A stretch of DNA of 64,000 bases from an uncultured Verrucomicrobiae bacterium. GTDB lineage: Bacteria; Verrucomicrobiota; Verrucomicrobiia; Chthoniobacterales; UBA10450. Of the stretch, positions 40,167 to 50,368 are shown one piece after another; position 1 is the stretch's first letter; each line of letters begins with the position of its first letter. The notes below the pieces were generated by a model that searched no databases, was not told where the DNA came from, and worked only from the letters and a program-made list of their open reading frames with translations. Where the stretch lies: the NCBI GenBank assembly GCA_963840305.1, contig CAWIYE010000003.1, forward strand, positions 134,739-198,738, in the 5' to 3' direction. The position numbers were made by a program, and so were the translations under genes.

Positions 40167-41892
40167 TCAACGAATGCGCGGAGTCAAAGTTTCCACCAGA
40201 TCTTTGATGGCAACGCGTTTCTGTTTCATCGAATCGCGATCGCGCAACGTGACGGTATCGCGCAGCGCGGCATCTTTCTCCCCGAGCGTTTCGAAATCGA
40301 CCGTGATTCCGAACGGCGTGCCAATTTCATCCTGCCGGCGATAACGGCGGCCGATCGCGCCGCTCTCGTCATAGAAGACAAACATGTGCGGTCGCAAAAG
40401 ATCGACAATTTCTTTCGCCTTTGCGACGAGCTGCTCTTTGTTCTTGAGCAGCGGAAAGACCGCGCATTTGATCGGCGCCATACGTGGATGAAAACGCAGC
40501 ACAATGCGCGTTTCCATTTTTCCCTTCTCATCGGGCGCCTGATCTTCTGCATAAGCTTCGCAAATCAGCGCAAGCACGGTGCGATCTACGCCCGCACTCG
40601 GTTCGACTACGTGCGGAATAAATCTCTGTTTCGTCTCCTCATCGAAATACTCGAGCGATTTGCCACTCGCCTTTTGATGCTGCGACAAATCGTAGTCGGT
40701 GCGATAAGCGACGCCTTCGAGCTCCTGCCGGCCAAACGGAAAATCGTATTCGATGTCGTAAGTCCCCTTGGAATAAAACGCGCGCTCTTCATCCGGCACG
40801 TTGCGCACATGGAGGTTCGCGCGCGAGATGCCGATGTTTTCATAAAACTTCAGTCGTTCTTCTTTCCAGTAATCGAGCAACTTCATCCCCTGCTCTGGCC
40901 GACAAAAATATTCGAGCTCCATCTGCTCGAACTCGCGCGAGCGAAATGTGAAATTACGCGGATTGATTTCGTTTCGAAACGCCTTGCCAATTTGCGCGAT
41001 GCCGAACGGCAATTTTTTGCGCGACACTTCGAGAACGTTTTTGAATTGAACGAAAATCGATTGTGCTGTTTCCGGTCGTAGATAGGTGATCGACGATTCG
41101 TCTTCGGTTGCGCCCGACGTAGGTCTTAAACATTAAGTTGAAGGCGCGCGGCTCGGTCAGAAGTGAACCATTTTCTGGATTGTATCGTGTCGTATTCTCT
41201 ACCTTTTCCGTGCGCTCACCGGTCAACGTCGGATTAGCCAAGCCGCGCTGCTGATAGTATTGAACGGCTACCTTACGGGCACTCTCGGGTGGCTTACCCT
41301 TCGGCAAGAAAACTGAAAAAGGCTCGTCTACTCGAATTGGTCGCGCGATTTGCCCCAATCGTTTCTTCGCAAATTCACGAACGTCCGCATCCGGATGCTT
41401 TGTCAGATCATCGAGGTTTTTACATTGCCGATAGTGGTCTTCGAGGTCGCGACGCTTAGGTTCGTCAATGTCACCAAAATTGTAATCAAAGGTTTCGCGA
41501 AGTATTTTTTCATCAATCGCGCCAGCAAAATGGAGCACCGTCCCGGTTTGAGGCTCGATCTGATCAGCACGGAAACGCTTCTTAGTTAGGAGACAATCGA
41601 CCATCGGATCGCTGAAGGTGTCTTCGTGACCGCTCGCTTTCCAAACGGCGCGATTCATGAGAATCGAGCCGTCCATGCCGACAACGTCGTCGCGCTCATG
41701 CACCATGACGCGCCACCAGTAGTTTTTCAGATTGCGCTTCAACTCGACACCGAGCGGGCCGTAGTCCCAGAGACCATTTAGACCGCCATAGATTTCGCTC
41801 GATTGGAAAATGAAGCCGCGCCGCTTGCACAAGCTGACGATCTTCTCCATTCGTTGCGCAGTCGCGTCGGTCGTAGTCATGATTTTCGCCAC
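40167..41892 (-). CDS. glyQS: Glycyl-tRNA synthetase (alpha2 type)
   Basis: [38 protein letters not shown] (bridging frame), [24 protein letters not shown] and VEPSAGVDR. One or two frameshifts near 41050. Confidence 0.9.
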
Positions 41893-42017
41893 AGATTAAT
41901 GCACTGATTGCACAGATTCAAAGCAAAGTTGCGGGAATCGCCTGCTATCTCCAAGAACGCGAGCGATGTTCGACTCCGCTCGACTATGACACGCGCTGCA
42001 AAGCGCCATCGTGTTGA

Positions 42018-42488
42018 TCAGTGTAAATCTGTGGCTAACGTCTGCGGCTCGACTTTGACCTCGGTCTTGACCGAATTAGCGATGAAACATTGCTCGTGCG
42101 CCGCGTGATTCATTTCTTCGAGTTCCTGCGGCGTGGGTTGTTTGTCGCCGGAGAATTTGAGTCGCTGCCGTAACGTCACCCGGGTGATGGCCAATCTGCC
42201 TTCGGAGTTTTTCTCCATAATACCGACCGCGTCATCAACATATTCATCGAGCACGAACTTCTTTTTGCAGGCGATCGCCAGAAACGTGAGCATGTGACAG
42301 CTCGAGAGCGATGCGACAAACGCTTCTTCTGGATCGACGAGTTCTGGATTGCCCAGATAAGCGGGAGCAGCCGATGCCTGCATTTCGTGGCCTCCGTCAA
42401 ATTTCCAAGTGTGATCGCGCGAGTATTTCTGATATTCGAACGGCTTATCGCCGCGTTTCCAAGTGAGCGTGATTTTGTGTTCGGACAT
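42018..42488 (-). CDS. OsmC/Ohr-family peroxiredoxin-like protein
   Basis: Start at MSEHKITLTW. It carries the two OsmC-type Cys contexts (SLSSCHMLTF and HEQCFIANS). The ORF-track N-terminus is a read-through of a REP unit. Confidence 0.8.
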   Translation of the reverse strand: MSEHKITLTWKRGDKPFEYQKYSRDHTWKFDGGHEMQASAAPAYLGNPELVDPEEAFVASLSSCHMLTFLAIACKKKFVLDEYVDDAVGIMEKNSEGRLAITRVTLRQRLKFSGDKQPTPQELEEMNHAAHEQCFIANSVKTEVKVEPQTLATDLH

Positions 42489-42510
42489 GTCTCTAGATAA
42501 AATGCGACGC

Positions 42511-42576
42511 GTTGTAGGGCAAGCGCTTCGCTTGCCGACCGTCGCGTCTGGCAGCCGGAGCGGCTGCCCTACAATT
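42511..42576. repeat. REP hairpin, family 2 (GTAGGGCA...TGCCCTAC)
   Basis: GTTGTAGGGCAAGCGCTTCGCTTGCC ... GGCAGCCGGAGCGGCTGCCCTACAA. Confidence 0.65.
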
Positions 42577-42636
42577 CCAGCCTGACTGCTTGCGCTCCCC
42601 GGCACGCTCTCTATTTTCTCGGCTTCTGAAAACGTC

Positions 42637-44096
<1,460 letters not shown>

Positions 44097-44132
44097 TGGC
44101 ATAGATCCGCGCAAAAAGATTAAACAGATGAT

Positions 44133-44741
44133 ATGAAAAAGAATTCTTATACTCGTCTTAGCACCGAAGTTGGCGTCCCAGCAAAATGGGCACTGATAAT
44201 TTGCGCATTGATCTTTGTTTCTGCCGCTAATGCCCGTCAGCCTTCGGGAGGCTCTGCAGCCGGTCTGGACGGTCAGTGGTATCACGACGGCAAACCGACA
44301 CGGATTTTCGTCGCGCCTGATGGGCAAAGCATAACGATCGTCAATGAATTCGGCCAGCGTAACGACGGCTACGCGAATGGCCCCCGCAATTTAGTCATCC
44401 CCTCGTTGGGTATAAGCGGTGAGGTTAACAAAAAAGGACGACGAATCAGTTGGACGAACGGGACGGAATGGACACGCGACTCAAACAATCCCGGTCCGGA
44501 TTCTGGAGTAAATCTCAGCGGACGCTGGTTTCGCAACGGCCAGGCGACAAGCATCAATGTCGCACCCGACGGCAGAAGTTTCACCATCACGAATGAATGG
44601 GGACTGCCGGGGGTCGGCTATGTAACCCGGAGCGGCGAATTAAAGGTCCCAACTTGGGGAGTTACGGGTCATCTGAGTAAGAACGGCCAACGAATCTTTT
44701 GGTCAAACGGCACTGAGTGGACGCGTCCGCGACTGTATTAG
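44133..44741 (+). CDS. Secreted protein with two tandem copies of a roughly 80-aa domain
   Basis: A signal peptide, then GQWYHDGKPTRIFVAPDGQSITIVNEFG...RRISWTNGTEWTR, repeated as GRWFRNGQATSINVAPDGRSFTITNEWG...QRIFWSNGTEWTR. Confidence 0.55.
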   Translation: MKKNSYTRLSTEVGVPAKWALIICALIFVSAANARQPSGGSAAGLDGQWYHDGKPTRIFVAPDGQSITIVNEFGQRNDGYANGPRNLVIPSLGISGEVNKKGRRISWTNGTEWTRDSNNPGPDSGVNLSGRWFRNGQATSINVAPDGRSFTITNEWGLPGVGYVTRSGELKVPTWGVTGHLSKNGQRIFWSNGTEWTRPRLY

Positions 44742-44851
44742 TTCTCCCGGTCAGGTGTCGTCGCAGGCTACGGAAGAGTACCATGAAATTCACATGGTCA
44801 TGTAACCCGGGCGGCACGTAAATCCTACGTGAAATCCGAATATCAGTTTGT

Positions 44852-45157
44852 ATGAAAATGAAATCCCTTATTCTCCACGTTGCTTTAGGTTTCGCCGTGC
44901 TCTGCGCAGTAGGCTGTGAAGGGTATTACGGTGCTTACCCGGGCTATAACGGACCCTATTATGGTGGATATGGTGGACCGTATTACGGAGGTTATCCGGG
45001 CTCCGTAACGATCGCGGTTGGCGATCGGCCTTATTACGCTCATGGGCCTGGTTATTACACAGGCCACACGTATTACGCCTGGAGGTCAGGCCATTGGGCA
45101 TGGCGCCATGGTCAGCGAGTCTGGATCCACGGGCATTATGTCGTTCGAGGATACTGA
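44852..45157 (+). CDS. Gly/Tyr-rich small lipoprotein
   Basis: Lipobox LCAVGC, followed by YYGAYPGYNGPYYGGYGGPYYGGYPG and a His/Trp-rich tail. Confidence 0.55.
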   Translation: MKMKSLILHVALGFAVLCAVGCEGYYGAYPGYNGPYYGGYGGPYYGGYPGSVTIAVGDRPYYAHGPGYYTGHTYYAWRSGHWAWRHGQRVWIHGHYVVRGY

Positions 45158-45185
45158 TCGGACAGGGTCTCGTAGCAATCGATAT

Positions 45186-45923
45186 TCAAACAATTGGCTG
45201 AGCCAGGCCCCAGCGCGCCAAACGGAAACGCACCGACGTTGCCAGGCAACCTAGTCCGTAGCGCACGCTTCTCCGGAAATTGATTGATGACGCTTCGGGC
45301 ATGTACCGAGCTGGACACGTCACTTCACCGATTGCGGAGCCGAGAGCAATAATTTGCGCAAGGACCTGGTTGTCGAAAACAAAGTCGTCAGAGTTCGCCT
45401 CAAGCGGCAGCCGTTCCAATAATTGGCGCGAAAAGGCGCGATAACCAGTGTGATATTCCGAGAGCTTCGCGCCGATGAGAAAATTCTCTACCAGAGTCAG
45501 GAACCGGTTTGACACGTACTTCCACCAGGGCATGCCGCCGCGCAACGCGCCTCCGCCAAGAATCCGTGAAGCGAGCACGCAGGGGTAAAGGCCGCTTGCT
45601 ACTAGCGCGGCCATCGCAGGAATCAATTGTGGCGTGTACTGATAATCTGGATGAATCATGATAATGATGTCCGCATGTGCGGCCAGGGCGAGCCGGTAAC
45701 AGGTTTTCTGATTCGCGCCGTAACCGCGATTTTCCGGATGCACTTCCACCTGCACCTGTGGAAGGGTGCGCGCAATTGCCGCCGTGTCATCGTGACTGGC
45801 GTCGTCCACGACAATCACATGATCGACAATTCCATGCACCATCACTTCATCATAAGTCTGGCGCAATGTGCGCGCGGCATTATACGCAGGCATTACCACC
45901 ACAATTTTCTGGCCGTTTAGCAT
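45186..45923 (-). CDS. Family 2 glycosyltransferase
   Basis: VVMPAYNAA, VVDDASHDDT and the HPDYQY region, typical of GT2/DPM1-like enzymes. The ORF is intact. Confidence 0.8.
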   Translation of the reverse strand: MLNGQKIVVVMPAYNAARTLRQTYDEVMVHGIVDHVIVVDDASHDDTAAIARTLPQVQVEVHPENRGYGANQKTCYRLALAAHADIIIMIHPDYQYTPQLIPAMAALVASGLYPCVLASRILGGGALRGGMPWWKYVSNRFLTLVENFLIGAKLSEYHTGYRAFSRQLLERLPLEANSDDFVFDNQVLAQIIALGSAIGEVTCPARYMPEASSINFRRSVRYGLGCLATSVRFRLARWGLAQPIV

Positions 45924-45966
45924 CTTCGTAGTCGAATATCCGCTGGATCGCTGACTTGCAACCTCG

Positions 45967-46875
45967 ATGACGATTTTTTACGATCCGCGCTGCCTCGAAT
46001 ATTCGATGCCCGGTCATCCGGAACGGCCGGAGCGGATTGCTCGCACCGCGCCATTGCTCAAGGACCGACATCCTGAATGGGATTGGCGCGAGCCGATCGC
46101 GGCGACTGCTGATGAATTGTTGCGCGCGCATTCGCGTCAGCATATCGAACGCGTCGCCAGTGAGTGGCAAGATTTCGATGCAGACACGCCGTGGTATCCA
46201 AGCATCGAAACACATGCGCGGCGCTCGGCTGGAGCTGCGATCGAAACGGCACGCACAGCCTTGCGCGGCGAACCGGCGTTTAGCTTAATGCGGCCACCGG
46301 GGCATCACGCCACGCGAGATCGCGCGATGGGTTTCTGTTATTTCAGCAACGTCGCCATCGCTGCGCTCGATGCGCTCGCTGTAGCCGGCAGCGATGATGC
46401 CGGCATGCTGGGGTCAACGCCGCTGGTTACACCAAAGGTGCAGCGCGTTGCGATTTGGGATTTTGATGGACATCATGGCAACGGAACCGAGGCAATAGTG
46501 GCGAACAACCAGCGAATTCGATTCGCGTCGATCCATCAATTTCCGGCGTATCCGGGAACCGGCGCAAAATCGTTCGCGAACATCGACAATTATTCGGTCG
46601 CTCCTTTCACCCCGCGCAACGAGATTGTTAAGATTGCAAAGCAGTCGCTGGAAAAGCTAATTACATTTAAGCCTCATCTGCTACTTGTTTCCGCGGGATT
46701 CGACACGTATGCGCGCGATCCGCTTTTGCAGATGACGCTCGAACGCGAAGACTTTGCGACATTCGGCGAGTGGTTGAGCAAGATCGACGTCCCCATCGCC
46801 GTTGCCCTCGAAGGCGGTTACAGCGATGAGTTGCCAGAACTCATCAATGCGTTTCTAACAGCGTGGCAGAGTTAG
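45967..46875 (+). CDS. Histone deacetylase-family (acetoin utilisation/acetylpolyamine amidohydrolase-like) protein
   Basis: RPPGHHA, GFCYFSNVAIAA, DFDGHHGNGT and EGGY motifs. The ORF is intact. Confidence 0.8.
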   Translation: MTIFYDPRCLEYSMPGHPERPERIARTAPLLKDRHPEWDWREPIAATADELLRAHSRQHIERVASEWQDFDADTPWYPSIETHARRSAGAAIETARTALRGEPAFSLMRPPGHHATRDRAMGFCYFSNVAIAALDALAVAGSDDAGMLGSTPLVTPKVQRVAIWDFDGHHGNGTEAIVANNQRIRFASIHQFPAYPGTGAKSFANIDNYSVAPFTPRNEIVKIAKQSLEKLITFKPHLLLVSAGFDTYARDPLLQMTLEREDFATFGEWLSKIDVPIAVALEGGYSDELPELINAFLTAWQS

Positions 46876-46880
46876 CGCCT

Positions 46881-47423
46881 TTAATCGAAAGCCCCGGAGC
46901 ACCGGCGCATTCCAAGACGCAAGCTGAAAATTGACGCTTGCGATCGCACCCACGCTTTGGAGTGCGGCGCTGCTGCGCCACTTTTCGATTGTTTTACCGC
47001 GTGCTCCAATTCGGCAGCTGCGCTTTCGATTTCGGTGTAGTCGTATTGGCGAGCTCTGGCTTTCACAGCGAGCACGCCGCAGCGGTGCACATTTTTGAAA
47101 TCGCCGTAGGGGAATTTGTATCTCCGTTTCGTGTTCGCAGGGTACCGTTCATCGATTCCGAGATGCCACTTTGCATATTCGCCGAATCCGTGCAGACGGA
47201 TAAACTCATTCTCCTCGTCTGTTGAAGGGCGATGTTTGCTCCACGCGCCTTTGCCGTCCGCAATAACATGCCCCTCTTTAATGAGTCTCGCGGCAAACGC
47301 AGACGCATCTTCGTTCAACTTGATGGTCCCGCGTGCCTGAGCGCAAACATCGCGGGTCGCACAGAAAAGAACTCCAACTGCGATCAAACTGAGAAATGCA
47401 GGTCTTGAGATAGCGGATTTCAT
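46881..47423 (-). CDS. Secreted hypothetical protein; the 3' end reads into a REP unit
   Basis: Start taken at MKSAISRPAFLSLIAVGVLFC, because the longer ORF overlaps tRNA-Pro. The C-terminal about 35 codons (AAPHSKA...RRCSGAFD) are a translated REP family 4 element (46884-46990). Confidence 0.45.
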   Translation of the reverse strand: MKSAISRPAFLSLIAVGVLFCATRDVCAQARGTIKLNEDASAFAARLIKEGHVIADGKGAWSKHRPSTDEENEFIRLHGFGEYAKWHLGIDERYPANTKRRYKFPYGDFKNVHRCGVLAVKARARQYDYTEIESAAAELEHAVKQSKSGAAAPHSKAWVRSQASIFSLRLGMRRCSGAFD

Positions 47424-47482
47424 CAAATCAGCCGGAAACATTTGCCTCAGACCCGGAAGTGGCAAACAGTATTCGCTCTCAG

Positions 47483-47556
47483 CGGGCTGTAGTTCAGCTT
47501 GGTAGAACGCTTGAATGGGGTTCAAGAGGTCGTGGGTTCAAATCCCGCCAGCCCGA
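47483..47556 (+). tRNA. tRNA-Pro (anticodon GGG), no encoded CCA
   Basis: Manual cloverleaf: acceptor CGGGCTG/CAGCCCG, D arm GTTC-AGCTTGGTA-GAAC, anticodon arm CTTGA-ATGGGGT-TCAAG, T arm GTGGG-TTCAAAT-CCCGC. Confidence 0.85.
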
Positions 47557-47569
47557 GAGGATTTTAAGC

Positions 47570-47650
47570 CACGGATTAACACGGATGAAACACAGATTAT
47601 GCGTGGTGAAAATACAAATTTATTCGTGTAAATCTGTGTCCATCTGTGGT
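47570..47650. repeat. REP units, family 7 (CACGGATTAACACGGATGAAACACAGATT / GTAAATCTGTGTCCATCTGTGG)
   Basis: Related units flank the glyQS-OsmC gap at 41891-41919 and about 42018-42040. Confidence 0.55.
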
Positions 47651-47653
47651 TGA

Positions 47654-48778
47654 ATGCTCAGCGCTGGAATTGTCGGTCTGCCGAACGTCGGGAAATCGAC
47701 GCTTTTCAATGCGGTCACGCGCACCCACAAAGCGCCCGCAGAAAATTATCCGTTCTGCACGATCGATCCGAATGTCGGGGTGGTCACGGTGCCTGATCCA
47801 CGACTGGCCAGGATCGCGCAAATTTCCAATTCAAAAAAGATCACGCCGACTGCCGTCGAGTTCGTCGACATCGCAGGTTTGGTGAAAGGCGCAAGCGCGG
47901 GCGAAGGACTGGGAAACCAATTTCTCCATCATATTCGCGAAGTGGACGCGATTGTACAGGTGGTTCGTTGTTTTGAAGATCCGGACGTTCATCACGTCAG
48001 CGCTACGATTGATCCGATCCGTGACATCGAAGTGATCAATACAGAGCTGGTGCTCGCTGACTTGGCCTCATTGCAGAAACGACGTGACCGATTGCAGAAG
48101 CAACTGCACGCCGGTGACAAAGCTGCAAAGATTGAAAATGCGATCATCGAAAAGTTGCTCACGCATCTCAACGCCGGGAAGCCCGCCGTCACGGTGGAGT
48201 TAACTCCGGAAGAACAGGCAATCGCGCGCGGTCTTTTCCTGCTCACATCGAAGCCAACAATTTTTGCCTGCAACGTGGCCGAATCCGACCTGGCGGCAAT
48301 CTCAACCGGTGATCGAGGAAGTGCGACCGCACGACATGTCGATCTTGTCCAGGATTACGCGCGTCATCACTTTGCCACGGAAGCCATCGTGATCAGCGCG
48401 CAGATCGAGAGCGAACTCGTCGATCTCAGCGAGCAGGAGGCCCTGGAATATTTACGAAATCTTGGCGTTGAAGACAGCGGTGTGCACGCGCTCATTCGCG
48501 CTGTCTATCATCTGCTCGGTTTGCGCACGTTTTTTACCACCGGCGAAAAGGAAACGCGGGCATGGACAATTCATGAAGGCGAGAAAGCGCCAACTGCGGC
48601 AGGAACGATTCACTCCGATTTCGAGCGCGGCTTCATTGCTGCGGAAACGATTCACTCCGATGACCTGGCCGCGCTCGGCTCCTTTGCGAAAGCTCGCGAA
48701 GCCGGAAAACTGCGGCTGGAAGGAAAAGAGTATATCGTGCGCGATGGCGACGTGATACTCTTCCGGTTCAACGTCTGA
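47654..48778 (+). CDS. ychF: Ribosome-binding ATPase YchF
   Basis: Intact 374-aa ORF with GIVGLPNVGKSTLFNA and the C-terminal TGS-like end (YIVRDGDVILFRFNV). Confidence 0.9.
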   Translation: MLSAGIVGLPNVGKSTLFNAVTRTHKAPAENYPFCTIDPNVGVVTVPDPRLARIAQISNSKKITPTAVEFVDIAGLVKGASAGEGLGNQFLHHIREVDAIVQVVRCFEDPDVHHVSATIDPIRDIEVINTELVLADLASLQKRRDRLQKQLHAGDKAAKIENAIIEKLLTHLNAGKPAVTVELTPEEQAIARGLFLLTSKPTIFACNVAESDLAAISTGDRGSATARHVDLVQDYARHHFATEAIVISAQIESELVDLSEQEALEYLRNLGVEDSGVHALIRAVYHLLGLRTFFTTGEKETRAWTIHEGEKAPTAAGTIHSDFERGFIAAETIHSDDLAALGSFAKAREAGKLRLEGKEYIVRDGDVILFRFNV

Positions 48779-48836
48779 GTTGTAGAAGCGGGTGTGTCAG
48801 CCGCAGAGCAGATTTGCGCTTCGCACAGCGAAGCGG

Positions 48837-49586
48837 CTACAACGCGCCAAGATATAAGATCCGGCCGCATTGCTCGCAGTTGACGATTTCCTTTCCCGCT
48901 TTGACCCGCGCTGCGGTCGCCGTCGTTACTTTCATGTGGCAACCGGTGCAAACACCGTGCTCGACGGCGACGATCGCAGCGTCGCCTTTACTGTTGAACA
49001 GGCGCTCGAACTGGTCGAGCAAATCGGCGTCGATCTTAGACGCAAGCGCTTCCCGCTCATTTTCTAGTTCTCGCTGCTGCGTTTCCAGCGTTTTGGATTT
49101 CGTTTCGAGATCGCCTAATTGCCGTGAAATTGATTCCTTGGTTGCCCGCGATGCTTTATCCGCCGCTTCAAATTCGGCTTTGAGCTTATCGGCCTGGATC
49201 ATCACTTCCAGCTCTTCATCCTCCAGCCTTCGGATTTCATTTTCGTACCGCTCAATTTCGTGACCGATCGCCTGAAACTCATCATTCTTGCGGGTCTGAT
49301 ACTGCTGGGTTTTGAGACGCGATATCGTTTCGGTCCGCGTGCCTACATCGAGCTCCAATCTCTTGCGATCAATTTCAAGCTGCCGCCCCTTTTGCTTCAG
49401 GACCTCAACGCCAGCTGTAGTCGCGGCCAGTTGGGATTCGAGATGATTACGTTGCAACGGCAGTGTTTTGATCTCAGTCTGAATCTGTCTGATCTTTTGT
49501 TGTCGATCTTGAAGAACGAGCAGTTGTTCCAATTCAGAATGCACGCGCGCTCCAACGTATTGATTCGGTGGAGCGGCGTCAATCAC
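48837..49586 (-). CDS. Coiled-coil protein with a C-terminal C4 zinc ribbon (COG1579-type)
   Basis: A long heptad-rich region, then CTGCHMKV...NCEQCGRILY. Confidence 0.7.
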   Translation of the reverse strand: MIDAAPPNQYVGARVHSELEQLLVLQDRQQKIRQIQTEIKTLPLQRNHLESQLAATTAGVEVLKQKGRQLEIDRKRLELDVGTRTETISRLKTQQYQTRKNDEFQAIGHEIERYENEIRRLEDEELEVMIQADKLKAEFEAADKASRATKESISRQLGDLETKSKTLETQQRELENEREALASKIDADLLDQFERLFNSKGDAAIVAVEHGVCTGCHMKVTTATAARVKAGKEIVNCEQCGRILYLGAL

Positions 49587-50368
49587 TGCCCGCCGGACCC
49601 AATTTGATCGAAGGCATTGAGGACTTGCTCTGGCCGGGCGCGGACGGCGATGTTCTCCGTAAGATTGACCCAGCGAACCAAGCCGCTGGAATCAATTAGA
49701 AACTCCGCAGGTCGCGCAATGTCCGCGCCTTTTGGCCCCGCTCTGGGATGCAATACATCGTAACGGCGAATGACTTCGGCTTTGGGATCTGAAAGCAGCG
49801 GGAATGTGTAGCCGCGTTTTTGCGATTGCCGTCGGTTAATCTCCGGTGAATCGACGCTGATGCCGACGACGCGGATCCTGCGCGCATCGAAATCCGAAAG
49901 CCGTCGCTGAAAACTCCGCAACTCGGAGTTGCAAAGCGGTCACCAGAAGCCGCGGTAAAAAATCAGCACGACCGCTCTTGAGCCGGAAAGCAAATCCGCC
50001 AGGGCGACTGATCTTCCATTTTGATCGACCAACGTGAATTCCGGCGCCTTTTCCCCAACGCGCGGCGCCTGAGTGGAGAGCGGAACCTGGCGAAGGACGT
50101 AAAAAATTTCGTAACTAAAAACTGTGAAAAGAAACAGAGCGATCGCTGTGAATATCGAGCCGAAGATTTTACCACGATAACGCTGCGGCCTGCCAAACGC
50201 GCGAAAGAGGCCGAGGAGCAACAGCGAACCGCCAATTCCAAAGAGCAAAAGATTAGCCCAGGGAAAATCACGGGTGATTGGATATCGGGCGAAGAACTCA
50301 TAGGAGAACAATCCGCCGACGGCGACGACAAAACCGACCCAGATCGGCCAATTCCATTTCCGTTTCAT
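49583..50368 (-). CDS. Membrane-anchored AhpC/TSA (redoxin)-family protein with an in-frame TGA at the catalytic Cys position (selenoprotein candidate)
   Basis: ORFs 49940..50368 and 49583..49921 share one frame and are separated only by a TGA at 49940-49942. The joined sequence reads VVLIFYRGFW-[TGA]-PLCNSELRSF...GISVD, a U/C-x-x-C redox motif. The N-terminal half has about 4 TM helices. Confidence 0.65.
49912..49930 (-). promoter_or_regulatory. SECIS-like hairpin downstream of the in-frame UGA
   Basis: The mRNA reads UGA-ccgcuuugc-AACUCCG-AGUUG-CGGAGUU. This is a perfect 7-bp stem starting 9 nt after the UGA, with a 5-nt apical loop containing GU. Confidence 0.4.

Noticed and set aside
37373-41081. 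Long plus-strand ORFs 37373..38350 and 40068..41081
   Set aside because: They lie entirely antisense to valS and glyQS, whose products are strongly conserved. The antisense translations are Arg/Phe-rich and have no recognisable motifs.
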